This document shows positions 1 to 13,253 of a stretch of DNA of 64,000 bases, one piece after another. Position 1 is the stretch's first letter; each line of letters begins with the position of its first letter. This DNA is from Haliotis rubra (Eukaryota): contig NW_025766996.1 of NCBI RefSeq assembly GCF_003918875.1, forward strand, positions 496,001-560,000. The letters run 5' to 3'. The notes beneath the pieces are model-generated. The model saw only the letters and a program-made list of their open reading frames with translations. It did no database searches and was not told where the DNA came from. A program made the position numbers and the translations under genes.

Positions 1-229
1 CAGATATGTTTTGGCAGAAAGAAATACCTCTCAACTTCTATACTGGTTTTTAAGATACGATAAAAAGAAGATTTGGAGCTCTGTATCACGGAGGTGTGTC
101 ATTTCTGTAGAAACTTCTCTTTGAGGATCTGCTCGATCTAAAAGAGAGAAACTTAGTTGTACAGTGAAATGGATTATTAAATATTTTAGTTAAACCACAG
201 TCATTTAGTGTCTTTCTTACAAATTCAAT

Positions 230-2085
230 TCAGGGAAATACATTAATAACTTGCAACATGATACAATATATAGATATATATGATAGTTTGGCTTGGCGGG
301 TGTGTGTTGCCATTTTATGCCAAAAACAAATTTTGTTTAATTTACTATACATCGACCAAATTCTCCGTCTGGAGACCTGCAGCAAGTATCATAAGTTTTA
401 TATGGATTCTTTTAATTAGTTGATGTTTTCGAATCCCCATCCATACAATAAAACTGGTTCTATCATTACATCGAAAGATGGTAGAATGCAGTCAAGGGGT
501 AAGTTTATGTTACGTGATTTTTTTCGGAAGAGAAAACATTGCCTTTGTACCCGCGTTTACAAATGTTTTAAGTGCATGAATAAATCTTCTATTACGATGA
601 GGGGAAATACCAAGAGGACATTGAGAGTCTACTACCTCAAGAGGCTCATCACCACAGTAAAGTTTCAATTTAGATGACTTCGCAGGACCACTACCAAACA
701 CAGCAACTTTAGTTTTGGAAAAATTGACAGACGATTTCCATTCATTGCAGTAACAGTAGAATGCATCGAGAGATTTTTAAAGATCACGAGGATCATCACC
801 GAACAGGACTGTATCATCGGCGTACAATAATATCACAAGGTGAAGCCAAAGAGATACATAGACATCTGAAAAGTACTGTAGTTTTATACCCTGAGACCCA
901 ATTGTTTACTGAGTAGGATTCAATATCATTTATGAAGAAAGCGAACAACAGAGGGGATAGATTCTCTCCTTGACTTACACTAGAGTTACTTGGAAAAAAG
1001 GCGAGATCTTGTTGTTTACAAGCATTGTTCATTTAATATCCTTGTACATATATTTGATAAGGGTGAGAAACCTGCCTGAAACTCCGTTACTAAGCATTTT
1101 ATGCCATAAACCAGCTCTCCAAACAGAATCAAATGCCTTAGGAAAGTCAATAAACACACAATATAGTTTTTGTTTTGCACATTTGAGAATGTCGTGTAAT
1201 AATGACATTACGAAAATATTATCCATTGTTGAAAAATCTTGCTGAAAACCGGCTTGAGCGGGTATTATGGTATTTTCATATTCCATGAAATTTCGTTAGT
1301 CTAACATTTAGAATACTTGTGAACAGCTTACCAAAACAACTAAAAATAGTAATGGGACGACATGAGTTTGATCTAAGTTACCACCTTTTTTCTGGTAAAA
1401 AGGTTTAATCATTCCTATTAGTCAATCCTCTGGTATAAATCCAGATGAGTTAAAGAGTTTAACCAGTATGGACCACGTCGAGGTCATATTTAAAGAGCTC
1501 GTTTTATTTGTTTTTAGCTTTTTAACTGAAGAAATTATTTCATCGCACGTATTATCTGAATTAAAGAAATCTGACTCGATTGGATTATGGTTAACAAAAT
1601 CTTGTGATGAATTTTGATCATTCCGATCATTTATTTCTTTGAAAATTTGAACGTTGTTCAGATCAGGTTGTTTTTCTTGTTTACTATTCTTACCATTATT
1701 CAAAGTTTTCCGGTAATCCTTTGGAGCATAAGTTTTATTGTGACGTAAAATAGTCCTTGTCTTACATTTATATTTTTTAATATGTTTATCTATGCACTTT
1801 TTATAAGATTTTGATGCACGTTTATATTTGGTTCTATTTTACAACGACCTATTTTGTTAAAATTACGTTTTGTTTTATAGAAGCGATTTCGCATAATTTT
1901 ACTCCAACATCTTTTTTTGCTTTTAGTATGTTTAACCTTCCATGGGACATGAACATTATTACGTTTAACACCATAAGTAGACCCAGCAGCATCAAGGAGC
2001 ACATTAGAGATATCAGTAGTGATGTTACTCACAAATTGTTTGTTGATGGTTTCACTTGACTTATTCTTAATACAATTTGTATTCT
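230..2085 (-). mobile_element. Decayed non-LTR retrotransposon (L2/Crack-type LINE) reverse transcriptase region
   Basis: Fragments QAGF..STMDNIF..LYCVFIDFPKAFDSVWRAGLWHKM and VSQGENLSPLLFAFFINDIE, with many stops and frameshifts. Confidence 0.85.
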
Positions 2086-2088
2086 TAA

Positions 2089-3163
2089 AGGTCACATGCA
2101 ACGTAAAACACAACTTTGCAGATTCTGATACCTTTCGGTATGGACTTACCGAAACAAAGCGTCAAAAATGCAAATTCAACTTATAAAGTTGAAAAATAAC
2201 GCGATGAAAAAAACGCGCGAAATCGGAGTTCAAACGTTTCACTAATTTTCCCCAGACTTTTTCTGGGGAATACGGGTTTCAACAGCTGGGCTGCGCTCAT
2301 AGCACGTGCGCAGTGAAATAGGTTCGCGCAACTTGGAAGCGGGCTGTCTGGTGAATACTCGGTGAAGGCTTTGGTGTGAGCTATTTTCATAATGTTTTGT
2401 TGATATCTCACAGGCGCGAGCTTTTTATATGTTATGACAGTAAATAAACTGTTTATATAATTTCATTTGTCTATTTCACCACACGTTCTTCTTACCGAGT
2501 CACTTTCTCAGTTCTAAACTTAAAAGCAATGTCATTATTTAGCGTTGACACAATTTCTAACTGTGATATAGATATGTCGTTGTCACAGACAAAACTCAAT
2601 GTCTTCTTTTATTGACACCTGTGTGTCTGCCTGCCTGTCTGCTAATGACAATATTCAATACACAACTGCGATCACTGACCACATGCAATTTGAACTTAAC
2701 ACCAATCAGGCTATACACCATAAACAAAACGCATTGATTTATGGCCCGAGTTCGGTCTCTGTCACATTATGTAATTACACAGACAGGCAGGTGTGATACT
2801 TGAACACATGACATGTTATGATGTCTGTTGATTGCAAAATGTTATACGCAAAAAATGAGCATGTATTTACAAAACCCAACATCTCTATATATACACACAC
2901 AATGAGCCGTGAAGGCGGCATCTGCTAATGAACCAGCCGTTACACTTGAGTGCACACCCACCCGCTCTGACTGGGTTCGGTATCCGGCTGCTTCGTTTCG
3001 AGGGAGGTAAACCCAAGTACAAAATATTGCACTTTTGATTTGCGATTATACGCTCATAATTTTGTTTATTTGTTTTTCATAATCAGCAAATGCATATTAT
3101 ATGTCATGAAGAAGTGATAATTGTGTTTTAATTATGTTTGATTTTTTGGTTGCATGTGACTTC
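2089..3163. mobile_element. Non-autonomous TIR element with TTAA flanks (Kolobok-like)
   Basis: TTAA|AGGTCACATGCAAC ... GTTGCATGTGACTTC|TTAA; abuts the LINE fragment. Confidence 0.55.
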
Positions 3164-3184
3164 TTAATGTATGATGTAGTCCCA

Positions 3185-3487
3185 CTGATCATGTTGATAC
3201 TTGTGATGGTATCCCAACTGCATAGATTGATGCTCGTAAGTGAGTATGGTTTTCTGCAATATCCCAGCAACATCACGGCGGGGGACACCAGAAATAGGCT
3301 TCATATACTGTACCCATGTGGGGAATCGAACCTGGTCTTCAGCGTGAGGAGCGAACGCTGTAACCACTAGACTACCCCACTGCCCCTCAAACACATGATT
3401 GGCTGGTACAGACTCGATTATTGACCGACAGTCGTCATATTGCTGGAATATTGCTCAGAGAGGCGCTAAAACACCAAACAAACCAAT
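3185..3487 (+). mobile_element. SINE family B fragment interrupted by a family A SINE
   Basis: ATCCCAACTGCATAGATTGATGCTC ... CAGACTCGATTA ... GCTGGAATATTGCT tail, split by 3240-3386. Confidence 0.7.
3240..3386 (-). mobile_element. tRNA-derived SINE family A
   Basis: A box/B box head, TTTCTGGTGTCCCC body, ACTC tail. Confidence 0.85.
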
Positions 3488-3808
3488 TTGATATATGACA
3501 CGTGTCTACTGTAGCGCTTGGTCTTTGGCAATGTGGCACACTCCAGGCACATTTGACGTCACGAGCGGAAAGGTCTCGTGGGTTCCAGCGAAATATGCAT
3601 AATGGCCGAAGCTGAGATTTACAGAAACTGTTTTCGCGATTAAAACATAATTAAACATAATTTTTAATTGGAAATTTGGGAATATGTTTCTGATGACTTT
3701 ATCTTTCACCCATCAAATTATTGCAATTCACTCGTATTCTCCTTTAAAACGGAAAAAACCCACACACAGTTTTGATATAATTCAATTTTAAAACTTGAGT
3801 TTATGAGC

Positions 3809-3980
3809 AATATATACTCATGGAAAGGAATAAGGGAACACATGAAAGTACACGTGTTCCTTTATTTATTTCCAGAATATAACACACTGTGCAATACATA
3901 CCTTGTGAAGACACCTGGTAAAGAATAAATGTAACACTTGTACTTTCATGTGTTCCCTTATTTGTTTCCATGAGTATATT
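3809..3980. mobile_element. Palindromic MITE-like element
   Basis: ~65-bp imperfect inverted arms (ATACTCATGGAAA..TAAGGGAACACATGAAAGTACA / TGTACTTTCATGTGTTCCCTTA..TTTCCATGAGTAT). Confidence 0.65.
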
Positions 3981-4051
3981 TCGTTATCTGCGTCACAGAC
4001 AAAATACGTGTATGTCCTGTCTGTTTAGCTATCAAACATACACATTGCCAA

Positions 4052-4181
4052 GGAATCCTGGAAGGGACATTGTCGCGTTGTCGCACTGTCGCGTTGTCGC
4101 CCTCTCAAAACAAGTAAAATGAGGAAAAATTAACCAAAGCGCGACAATGCGACAACGCGACAATGTCCCTTCCAGGATTCC
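4052..4181. mobile_element. Hairpin MITE-like element
   Basis: Perfect ~34-bp inverted repeat GGAATCCTGGAAGGGACATTGTCGCGTTGTCGCA. Confidence 0.7.
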
Positions 4182-4509
4182 ATACATTGAAGATTACTCC
4201 GTGGTAAAGAAATCCCAATTTAACTCATAACTCAGGAAACTTGACATCTATCACCGAGATGCATAACAAACATTCTATTTCACTTTTTGAAAAACACTTC
4301 CCGGGTTATACAAGGATGAGGGTTAAGCTGGCCTGACATGAGCGACAAAACTTTATAAAATAATCAGATTTGTTTTTAAGTTGAGTTTGTATAGCCTTGG
4401 CAGACTAATTGAGGCCAATGCACTTGATTCGTTTTAAAACCGTTACGATATTGAATGTAAACATATTCTGTGAATACCGACGTTAACGATTTTTATCTAT
4501 GTGTATTGT

Positions 4510-5565
4510 AAACACACAACAACGATTAACAAATAGGAGCTTCTATGAATAACGGTGTTAACGGATTTCTTTACACTCATTGTTAAGTCAATACACTCAT
4601 TGAAAAGACAAAATAACGGTTAACAAATAGGAGCTTCTATGAATACCGGTGTTAACGGATTTAATTACACTCTTTGTAAAGTCAATACACTCTTTGTAAA
4701 GTCAATACACTCTTTGTAAAGTCAATACACTCATTGTAAAGTCAATACACTCATTGTAAAGTCAATACACTTCTATGAATACCGGTGTTAACGGATTTAA
4801 TTTCACTCATTGTAAAGTCAATACACTCATTGTGAAGTCAATGCACTCATTGTAAAGTCAATACGCTCATTGTAAAGACAAAACAACGATTAACAAAAAT
4901 ATGAGTCCTCTATGAATACCGGTGTTAACGGATTTAATTTCACTCATTGTAAAGTCAATACACTCATTGTAAAGTCAATACACTCATTGTAAAGTCAATG
5001 CACTCTTTCTAAAGTCAATACGCTCATTGTAAAGACAAAACAACGATTAACAAAAATATGAGTCCTCTATGAATACCGGTGTTAACGGATTTAATTTCAC
5101 TCATTGTAAAGTCAATACACTCATTGTAAAGTCAATACGCTCATTGTAAAGACAAAACAACGATTAACAAAAATATGAGTCCTCTATGAATACCGGTGTT
5201 AACGGATTTAATTACACTCATTGTAAAGTCAATACACTCTTTGTAAAGTCAATACACTCTTTGTAAAGTCAATACACTCATTGTAAAGTCAATACACTCT
5301 TTGTAAAGTCAATACACTCATTGTAAAGTCAATACACTCATTGTAAAGTCAATACACTCTTTGTAAAGTCAATACGCTCATTGTAAAGACAAAACAACGA
5401 TTAACAAAAATATGAGTCCTCTATGAATACCGGTGTTAACGAAATTTGTAAAGTCAATACACTTTGTATCAATGAAAGACATGCAATGTGTCATACATGG
5501 GATAAAGTCAATACACTCTTTCTAAAGTCAATACGCTCATTGTAAAGACAAGTTAACAAAACATG
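4510..5565. repeat. Minisatellite: 20-bp TGTAAAGTCAATACACTCAT arrays inside a higher-order unit
   Basis: Runs of the 20-mer alternate with a recurring ~60-bp spacer (ACAACGATTAACAAA..CTATGAATACCGGTGTTAACGGATTT). Confidence 0.9.
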
Positions 5566-5761
5566 AGTGAGTGAGAGATCAGGTGGGTGAATGAGTGAGT
5601 GAGTGAGTGAGTGAGTGGGATGTTTTTACGTCCGAGTTAGTGAGTGAGAGATAGGTGGGTGAATGAGTGAGGAGTGAGTGAGAGTAGGTGAGTGAATGAG
5701 TGAGTGAGGGTGAATGAGTGAGTGAGAGAGAGTAGGTGGGTGAATGAGTGAGTGAGTGAGT
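5565..5761. repeat. (GAGT)n microsatellite
   Basis: Direct inspection. Confidence 0.9.
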
Positions 5762-5799
5762 AAAATCTCTCATCCCTGTGTGTGCGCATGGCAATGTTT

Positions 5800-6060
5800 T
5801 TAATATAATTCAAAAGTATTTATATTTACATAAGTTATAAACTCTGAATATTTTGTTACTGAAATTCCACTAAGATCTCACCATACTGAGCAAATTAAGA
5901 TGTGGTACTCTGCCTTTCGAAATAGACACTGGCAGATTTACACATCCTAAAACACCCCTAGTGAATAAACTATGTAAATTCTGTTACTGTGAAACAGTTT
6001 CTGCTTTGTTGCCCTGTTTATTCGGACTTAAAATGTGATCTGTAGGAAGCTGTATTGACC
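5800..6060 (+). mobile_element. LINE ORF2 C-terminal remnant (L2/Crack-type)
   Basis: Translates KLRCGTLPFEIDTGRFTHPKTPLVNKLCKFC. Confidence 0.6.
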
Positions 6061-6102
6061 GTAAATCCATTCTTCTATCATCTGTCGCCTACTTACCAAG
6101 CT

Positions 6103-6272
6103 GGGGCGGTGGTGTAGCCTAGTGGTTACAGCGGTCGCGCGTCACGCCGAACACCTGGGTTTGATTCCCCACACTTACACAATCTGTGAAGCCCATTTCT
6201 GGTGTCCCCGGCTGTGATGTTGCTGGAATATTGTTAAAAGCGGCTTAAAACTAATACACTCACTCAGTCACG
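6103..6272 (+). mobile_element. SINE family A
   Basis: Full head-body-tail; TSD-like ACTTACCAAGC/ACTTATCAAGC. Confidence 0.9.
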
Positions 6273-6309
6273 CACTTATCAAGCGACATTCCTATTGAGT
6301 AACGGTGTA

Positions 6310-6690
6310 CCTGTTCGTTGTTGGACGCCACACTTGGCAGTATTCCAGCTAAATAGTGGCGGTCTGCAAATAATAAAATAAATGACACAAACTCACTTAG
6401 ATTCGTGAAGATCCGAATTAGAAAATACAGAAATGTAAATAATCGAATGTGGACCAGACAATCCTGTGATCAACAATGTGAGCATCGATCTATGCAACTG
6501 GGATACGATGACATGTGTCAACCACGACAGCGAGCCTGACCACCCGATCCCTGCTGAAGACCAATTATAAACCCGCATCTGGAATACTAATGCTGTTGAT
6601 CACTCGATTGTCTGGTCCAGACTCGATTATTTACATACCGCCGCCATATAGCTGGAATAGTGCTTCGTTAAACCACAAACAAACTCGATT
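6310..6690. mobile_element. Rearranged SINE family B fragments (both orientations)
   Basis: GGACCAGACAATCC, GAGCCTGACCACCCGATCCC and CTGGTCCAGACTCGATTATTTAC pieces. Confidence 0.65.
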
Positions 6691-6742
6691 ATATCCCCTT
6701 ATGTTATAACTGTACATGAACTAAAGTGGGTATTTAACCCAT

Positions 6743-6891
6743 AGGTAGCCCAGTGGTTAAAGCTTTCGCTCGTCACTCTGAAGACCCGGGTTCGATTCCC
6801 CGTATGGGTACAATGTGTGAAGCCCATTTCTGGTGTCCCCCGCCGTGGTATTGCTGGAATAATGCTAAAAGCGGCGTAAAACTCACTCACT
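6743..6891 (+). mobile_element. SINE family A
   Basis: GGTAGCCCAGTGG / GGTTCGATTCCCC head with shared tail. Confidence 0.9.
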
Positions 6892-7218
6892 AACTATAAT
6901 TTAAATCAAATACTGCTCAAAGCGGCGTTAAAATCACTCTCGTACCCATAATATGATAAATGCAGATATACATCCAGGGGAGTTATGTTGAGATGTGCGT
7001 TAAACGGGGTCATCCAGTAGACTTACGTGAAACTGATGACTCAGCAGCCGCCGGCGATCAACGTCGCGGTGGCTTTACCTGAAGGTGACGTCATCTATTG
7101 TTAGTGACTTACCTGGCGGTGAACTGATTGACAGAAGGGGGCTTCAGGGATGGCCTGTCATCGTTCTGTCACCACATACATGTTGGAGACAACAGCGTCT
7201 TAGTTGTTTAAGTGTCAT

Positions 7219-7747
7219 TCTATAGTCTGTTTGCAGTGAAAACGTACCGATGAATTTCACTTTAAACAAAAACGTAAATCAAATAAAGTGAAATTAAGAT
7301 TGCGAATCCTCAAAGTTTTACCTTGCCAAATGGACATTTAAATCTGAGAATTTTATTCATCTTGGGATAAAAGTTGTTTAACAAACGATCATAGTTTCCA
7401 ATCGCTATTATTTGATTTGTATTACAAGGGGTATGTACATAAAATGAAACACCGAGATCAAGTAGGGTTGGTCTAAGTTAACGCTCATCACGTACCGCAC
7501 GTGCATTTGTTTTACTGTTCCAACTACTGCGCTTACCCCCTTGTAATACAAACCAATAATAGCGATTTGAAACTATGATCGTTTGTTAAACAACTTTTAT
7601 CCCAAGGTGAATAAAATTCTGAGTTTAAAATGTTCAATTAGCAAGGTAAAATTATGAGGATTCGCAATCTTAATTTCACTTTATTTGATTTACATTTTGT
7701 TTAAAGTGAGATTTATCGGTACGTTTTCACTGCAAACAGACTATAGA
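7219..7747. mobile_element. Foldback/MITE with ~210-bp inverted arms
   Basis: TCTATAGTCTGTTTGCAGTGAAAACGTACCGAT... mirrored by ...ATCGGTACGTTTTCACTGCAAACAGACTATAGA. Confidence 0.85.
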
Positions 7748-10009
7748 AGTTGGTGGTATAGAGATGACAGAACTTTATTGGGATTTATAGACGAAACACT
7801 AAACTTTTGGCTTTTCTTCACTAAGAAGATGGATAAAATTCAAACCTTTTACAACGAAATTCAATCATGTGTAATTGGTGATGGCTTTGGATCCACCAAT
7901 TTCAAAATATTTAGGGGTTGTAGACAAGGTGATCCCTTATCTCCCTACATGTTTCTACCATGTGCTGAAATACTAGCAATAATCGTAAGAAACAACAATA
8001 ACATAGAAGGTATCAAGATTGGTAGCATTGAAATCTTACTTTCAAAATTTGCAGACGACACAACTTGTTCTCTAGACCCTTCAGAACAATGCCTCTACGT
8101 TGTACTACAGGTTCTTAGTTTCTATGCTCGATTTCTGGGTTAAAAGTTAATATAGATGAAACAAGGATACTCTGGATAGGATCAAAACACGTTCTAGAAT
8201 CAAACTATGCCAAGAATGGAACCTGGATTGAGATAAGATCCGTTCGATCTACTTGGAATAAAATGTACTGATCTCGACGAAATGATTGGCTTGAACTATG
8301 ACAAAACATTTAGAAAATGCGAAACCATCATGTGTACTTGGGTTTTAAGAAATTTGACAGCCCTTGGGAGAAATACCATACTTAAATCACTTATTCTTCC
8401 AAAATACAACCATTAATTCTCATCTCATCCAGATCCTCCAGATATTAGACTTAAACGATTAAAAATAGTGTTTCGCGTTCATTTGGGGAAATAAACCCGA
8501 CAAAGTAAGGAGAAGCCAGATTATTTGTGAAACATCAGAAGGAGGTATAAAATGTCCCAAAATACAAGAAATAATCCATACGTCGAGCATCAAAATAAAA
8601 AATGTTGTCCATTAGTCTTCTTAAATTTTAATACCTCCTTCTGGTCCCTGTCCTGCCTTTGAAATTACCTGTAAGACATTAAGACTACAAATGATTACAT
8701 GGATACAAAATGCATTTTACAAAGACTTTATGAAGGCCTGGTGGAAATTCATAGATAACATCCACGTGGAGAGTATATATGGCAAGGGCATTTTAGCCAC
8801 ACATATATATGGTCTAACGAGAACATAGAAATAGGAAATACCAGCACATTTTACAACGATTGGTTTGTAAATGGGGTACATTTCATCAATGTTCTTGTAG
8901 GTAATAAAGGACAATTCAGGCCATTCGAAACATGCCAAACTGTTTTCAACGTGGAAACAAACTTACACGGGTGTTGCTAACCTACACAGGTGTTGTTCAA
9001 GCTGTCAAACAGTTCTGTCGAAACCAACGATTACCAAAATTAAACACTTTCCTACAATCTCCCATTTCACCATTTCATATATACCATCTGAAGAAACAAA
9101 ATCAAGGTTCACAGTATTGCTATAAAATAAACTGACGTTCAAAATAAAGTACACACCTGATTCTTTGGTAAAATATTTTCTTGAAAACGGTATTAATATT
9201 TAAAAAGTGTTTTGATTCTGCCTTGTCACAAATATTGTGCAAGTGTTTCTAAAACACCACAGATATTGTACCAATTACAACATTGCCAGCAAAGTGTTGA
9301 TGGTTTTATTGGGAATAGTCCGAAAACACCAGGTGTGTACTTTCTTATGTACGTGAGTATACGTATTAAAAAATATGCGAGAGAAGTAATCACTTCGCCA
9401 ATTGGGAGTACGTCCTTAACGAACAAGATAAGAAGAGTATCAATTCTATCCCGTTTAGTTGCACGAATGTGGTGACTGAACTACAGTGGTTCCAATATCA
9501 CATCTTGCATCATATCTTGCCACCCAACTGTATTCTCGCTAAGATGGGTTATGTGGACAGTACAACATGCTGTAACTGTTCTAAAGAAATGGAAGATGTC
9601 ATACATATATTCTGGATATGCAACAGAGTGAGCTCCATCTGGAGAGACCTGGAAGGTTGGATATCGTACAAACTACAAAGCCTGGCAACAATATCCAAAG
9701 AAAACGTTCTTTTGGCTATCTATCGAAAAATCTATCGAAAAATAACAACCTTTAAACCTTGTAATCATCCTGTCAAACGGATCATTTTCAACTTTAGAAA
9801 TAATAACTATCCACCAACATTCCAGTTCACACAGATGGAGCTCACTCATTTTTATAAATTAACAAAGTATACCTCTGTCATTAATTGTAATAGAGACTAC
9901 TTCAATAAGGTTTGGTCAAATTGCCATGCTCTAATCTCCTAAATACATGATCATACATGACCGTGTAAATGCTTAGAATAAATAAACAAATTATAAAAAA
10001 ATAAAAAAG
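7748..10009 (+). mobile_element. Decayed L1/Tx1-clade LINE (RT to zf-RVT) with A-rich tail
   Basis: GCRQGDPLSPYMFL, FADDTT and WFQYHILHHILPPN..CCNC..EDVIHIFWIC motifs; AATAAA + A-rich end at ~9978-10009. Confidence 0.9.
9131..9359. mobile_element. Tc1/mariner-type MITE inserted in the LINE
   Basis: TIR ACTGACGT.CAAAA.AAAGTACACACCTG / CAGGTGTGTACTTTCTT.TGTACG..AGT; second copy at 13026-13253. Confidence 0.8.
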
Positions 10010-10151
10010 ATTATGGGTGATCAATTTCTGTATTTTCACAACAGCGACGTTTCGGTATACCGTTTTCAAGCATATGGGTGAATGATGGTATCACCAGTTT
10101 ATATTCAAGATACATGTACATATGATAATTAGACAACAATATCATATGTAC

Positions 10152-10345
10152 ATGTATCTTGTATATAAACTGGTTGTATCTTGTATATAAACTGGTTGTA
10201 TCTTGTATATAAACTGGTTGTATCTTGTATATAAACTGGTTGTATCTTGTATATAAACTGGTTGTATCTTGTATATAAACTGGTTGTATCTTGTATATAA
10301 ACTGGTTGTATCTTGTATATAAACTGGTTGTATCTTGTATATAAA
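10152..10345. repeat. 22-bp tandem repeat (TATCTTGTATATAAACTGGTTG) x ~9
   Basis: Direct inspection. Confidence 0.95.
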
Positions 10346-10539
10346 GAAGTTGATCATCCATAAAGTTTTGTCATCTCAACAGCGTTTTATGGAATTTCGT
10401 TCTGTGGAATATTTCAGTCGCAGTCAACTTGAGAATATGAAAAATATAATCTTTATAAAATATATAAAAATATGAATGTTTTTCTGTGAGAAACTCCAGA
10501 GTACTTTATTGATAGATATGAGGCTGCATGTTTAAATAA

Positions 10540-10684
10540 GTGAGTGAGTATGGTTTTATGCTGTTTTTAGCAATGTTCCAGCAACATTACGGAGGGGGAC
10601 ACCAAAAATGGGCTTCACACATTGTACCCATGTGGGGAATCGAACCTGGGTCTTCGGCGTGACGAGCGAACGCTACCCCACCGC
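10540..10684 (-). mobile_element. SINE family A
   Basis: Family A consensus, internally deleted head. Confidence 0.85.
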
Positions 10685-11870
10685 TCCGAAACCTTTGTGA
10701 ACGTGGATTGTCTAGAATAACATTGCAGCATTTAAACTCCATGAAGTAAAACAGCTTTTTTCCAGAACTAGTAAAACACACACCGTTCCTTTCATCAGGA
10801 AGTTCATATTTTTTGTATGAAAAGACTTCACCAATATATTTTAACATTTTCCAAGGACGGTTATTTTTTTAAGATTCTCTGGGAACTGGTGAATATTCAC
10901 AACAAATGTCAAAGCATACGTTCAAGAACCTGTTAAGACTTGTCCCTTATTCAAACATCTGATAAAATGTTTTCTTACAAGATTTTGTTCATTAATTCCA
11001 CAAACAAGTTCCTTTTATTGTAAACAAAATGTTCCACCCCTCTTCGGACTAAATCTGAAATGTATCAAAAGTCAAAATATTACAGAAAATATTATACAGA
11101 AAAATGCAAGTAATCGTTCTCCTAAACACAAATTATTATTTGTCAAAATCTTACATAAATATTCGTGATTAAACCTTTAGAAATGCTTTGTATAACAACT
11201 ACCCCTCCCTCTCAAATATATGCTCTCTGTTATTTAATTTTCTCACCTTTTCAGCTTTAAAGCTTCGCAGGTTTCGTCTGAGATCATAATATTAAAAGCA
11301 CCAAAGGCCCATGATTAATCAAGAATTATTGACACTTACCCCACAACGTTTTCGGAAAGAAAGCCATATAAAAATATCAAAAATTTTCAGTTTAAATCTC
11401 CTAGATGTATCATCGTCTACGTCACGAGTTCCTTGTAGTTACACTTAAGATGTTCGCAGTTGTCATCATATGAACTATGGATAATGCCTGTCAATCACAA
11501 GATCCTGACGGTCTGTCAGTGGTTTTGCAACGGATATTCGTCCGTTTGAGCGACATGTTCCGGAAATACTTTGTGAGTGACTGACAAATGACACATGACA
11601 AACAATAAAATCGTAATGAAATATCACTACATTTCGACTTATCTAACACTAATTCAAGTGACACTCATCGATTTACGTATATATATATATATAAATATAA
11701 AAACACCAAAAATAGACTCCTTACAGGCTTCTAAAAATATACTCTCCCAAAAAAGAAAAGGAATTTCAACTGTATTTTTATATTTACTTTGAAACATCGT
11801 GTAGGCTTTATGAGTCAATGAAATATAGCGAAATTGCACACTGGGAATACAGACTTATCCGTCTTTGGGG

Positions 11871-11992
11871 GAGATCGATGCTCATGTTGTTGATCACTGG
11901 ATTGTTTGGTCCAGACTCGATTATTTACAGACCGCCACCATATAGCTGGAATATTGCTAAGTGCGGCGTAAAACTAAACTCACTCACTCACC
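11871..11992 (+). mobile_element. SINE family B 3' half
   Basis: GATCGATGCTCATG..CCAGACTCGATTATTTACAGACCGCC..ACTCACTCAC. Confidence 0.85.
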
Positions 11993-12039
11993 CATCTACA
12001 TGCAGGCTCAAAACGCTTTGTTTTCCTTCGATCATTGGA

Positions 12040-12330
12040 TGTCATTCTCAACGGCACATCGTATTTTTAACTCTCTCAGTTCACAGCTGGGTGGACTGGG
12101 ACACATATTCACAGTACTCCGTCCACGTTTTACTGCACGTTGCTGTACCCACTACAAGGTGTTTGTATGTATTCATGCGGCCACCATCTGGTCATTTACC
12201 AACGGATTCGTGGGTTCTTTTAAGTGCACAGGGTTGTGTACTGTACACTAGAGGTTGTGACAACATTGAAAGAGTCTGCACACAATTTTGACTCCAAGGT
12301 TTTTACACCCGGTCACAGTTGGGGACAGGG
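12040..12330 (-). mobile_element. SINE remnant with Meta-domain-like body
   Basis: Reverse strand reads GAGTCAAAATTGTGTGCAGACTCT...TGCACTTAAAAGAACCC, resembling the MetaSINE central domain as recalled (not searched). Confidence 0.45.
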
Positions 12331-12681
12331 ACACAGGGGAAAGACTATGTACTTTTGTCAGCAGCGCCCTGACATCTCAAAGTACAAGTGATCACATGTC
12401 ATAATGTACTTGCATTTCAAGATTTACGCATACTGGGATAGACATTTGTTTCAATTCTGCCACAAGGCTCTCATAAAAGCGTTTTGTCATTGAGATCGAT
12501 AATGCATGTCTAGTTTGAGCTTTGTTCAACCAAACTAATTTAAAAAAAAATAAATCAATATGCATAAAAAGGGGAAGAAAAAGTCATTTGTCTTTGTTTC
12601 TTTACCCCAAACATATCATTCACTGGATTTCCTTAAAGATCGATGAGACAAAGTAATTAAGAATGGACAGGATGTGAATTA

Positions 12682-12890
12682 GTGAGTTTAGGTTTACGTC
12701 GCACTCAGCAATATTTCAGCTATATGGATCAGACAATCCAGTGATCAATACCATGAGCATCGTTCCACGCAAATGGGATACGATGACATGTGTCAACCAA
12801 GTCAGCGAGCCTGACCACCCTATCCCGTTAGTCGTCTCTTACGACAAGCATGGGTTACTGAAGATAAATTTTACCCGGATATTCACGGGT
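12682..12890 (-). mobile_element. SINE family B
   Basis: Starts ACCCGTGAA on the minus strand; shared tail. Confidence 0.85.
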
Positions 12891-13025
12891 ATATAAACGC
12901 AGGAAGGAAAATCAATCGTAACACCTAAAACGTAGGGAAATGTTAAACAAAGGGGCAAACGAAACTTCATTTGATTTTATCATGTTTTATTGTCAATTCA
13001 ATATACCTAAAGTTAACGATATTAA

Positions 13026-13253
13026 ACTGACGTACAAAAGAAAGTACACACCTGTCGATTTGGTAAAATAGTTTCTTAAAAACAGCGTTAAAATTAGAAA
13101 AGTGTTTTCATTGTGACTTACAAGTCACAAACATTGTGTACGTGTTGCAATAACACCAGATATCGTACCCAATTACAACGTTGCTAGCAAAATATTGTTT
13201 TTGGTGGGAATAGTCTCAATACACAGGTGTGTACTTTCTTTTGTACGCCAGTA
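13026..13253. mobile_element. Tc1/mariner-type MITE (copy of 9131-9359)
   Basis: Same TIRs and internal sequence. Confidence 0.8.

Noticed and set aside
4510-10345. CRISPR-like appearance of regular short repeats
   Set aside because: Eukaryotic context, no unique spacers, no cas genes.
10690-11420. Possible minus-strand LINE remnant
   Set aside because: Only faint motif resemblance; too decayed to call without a search.
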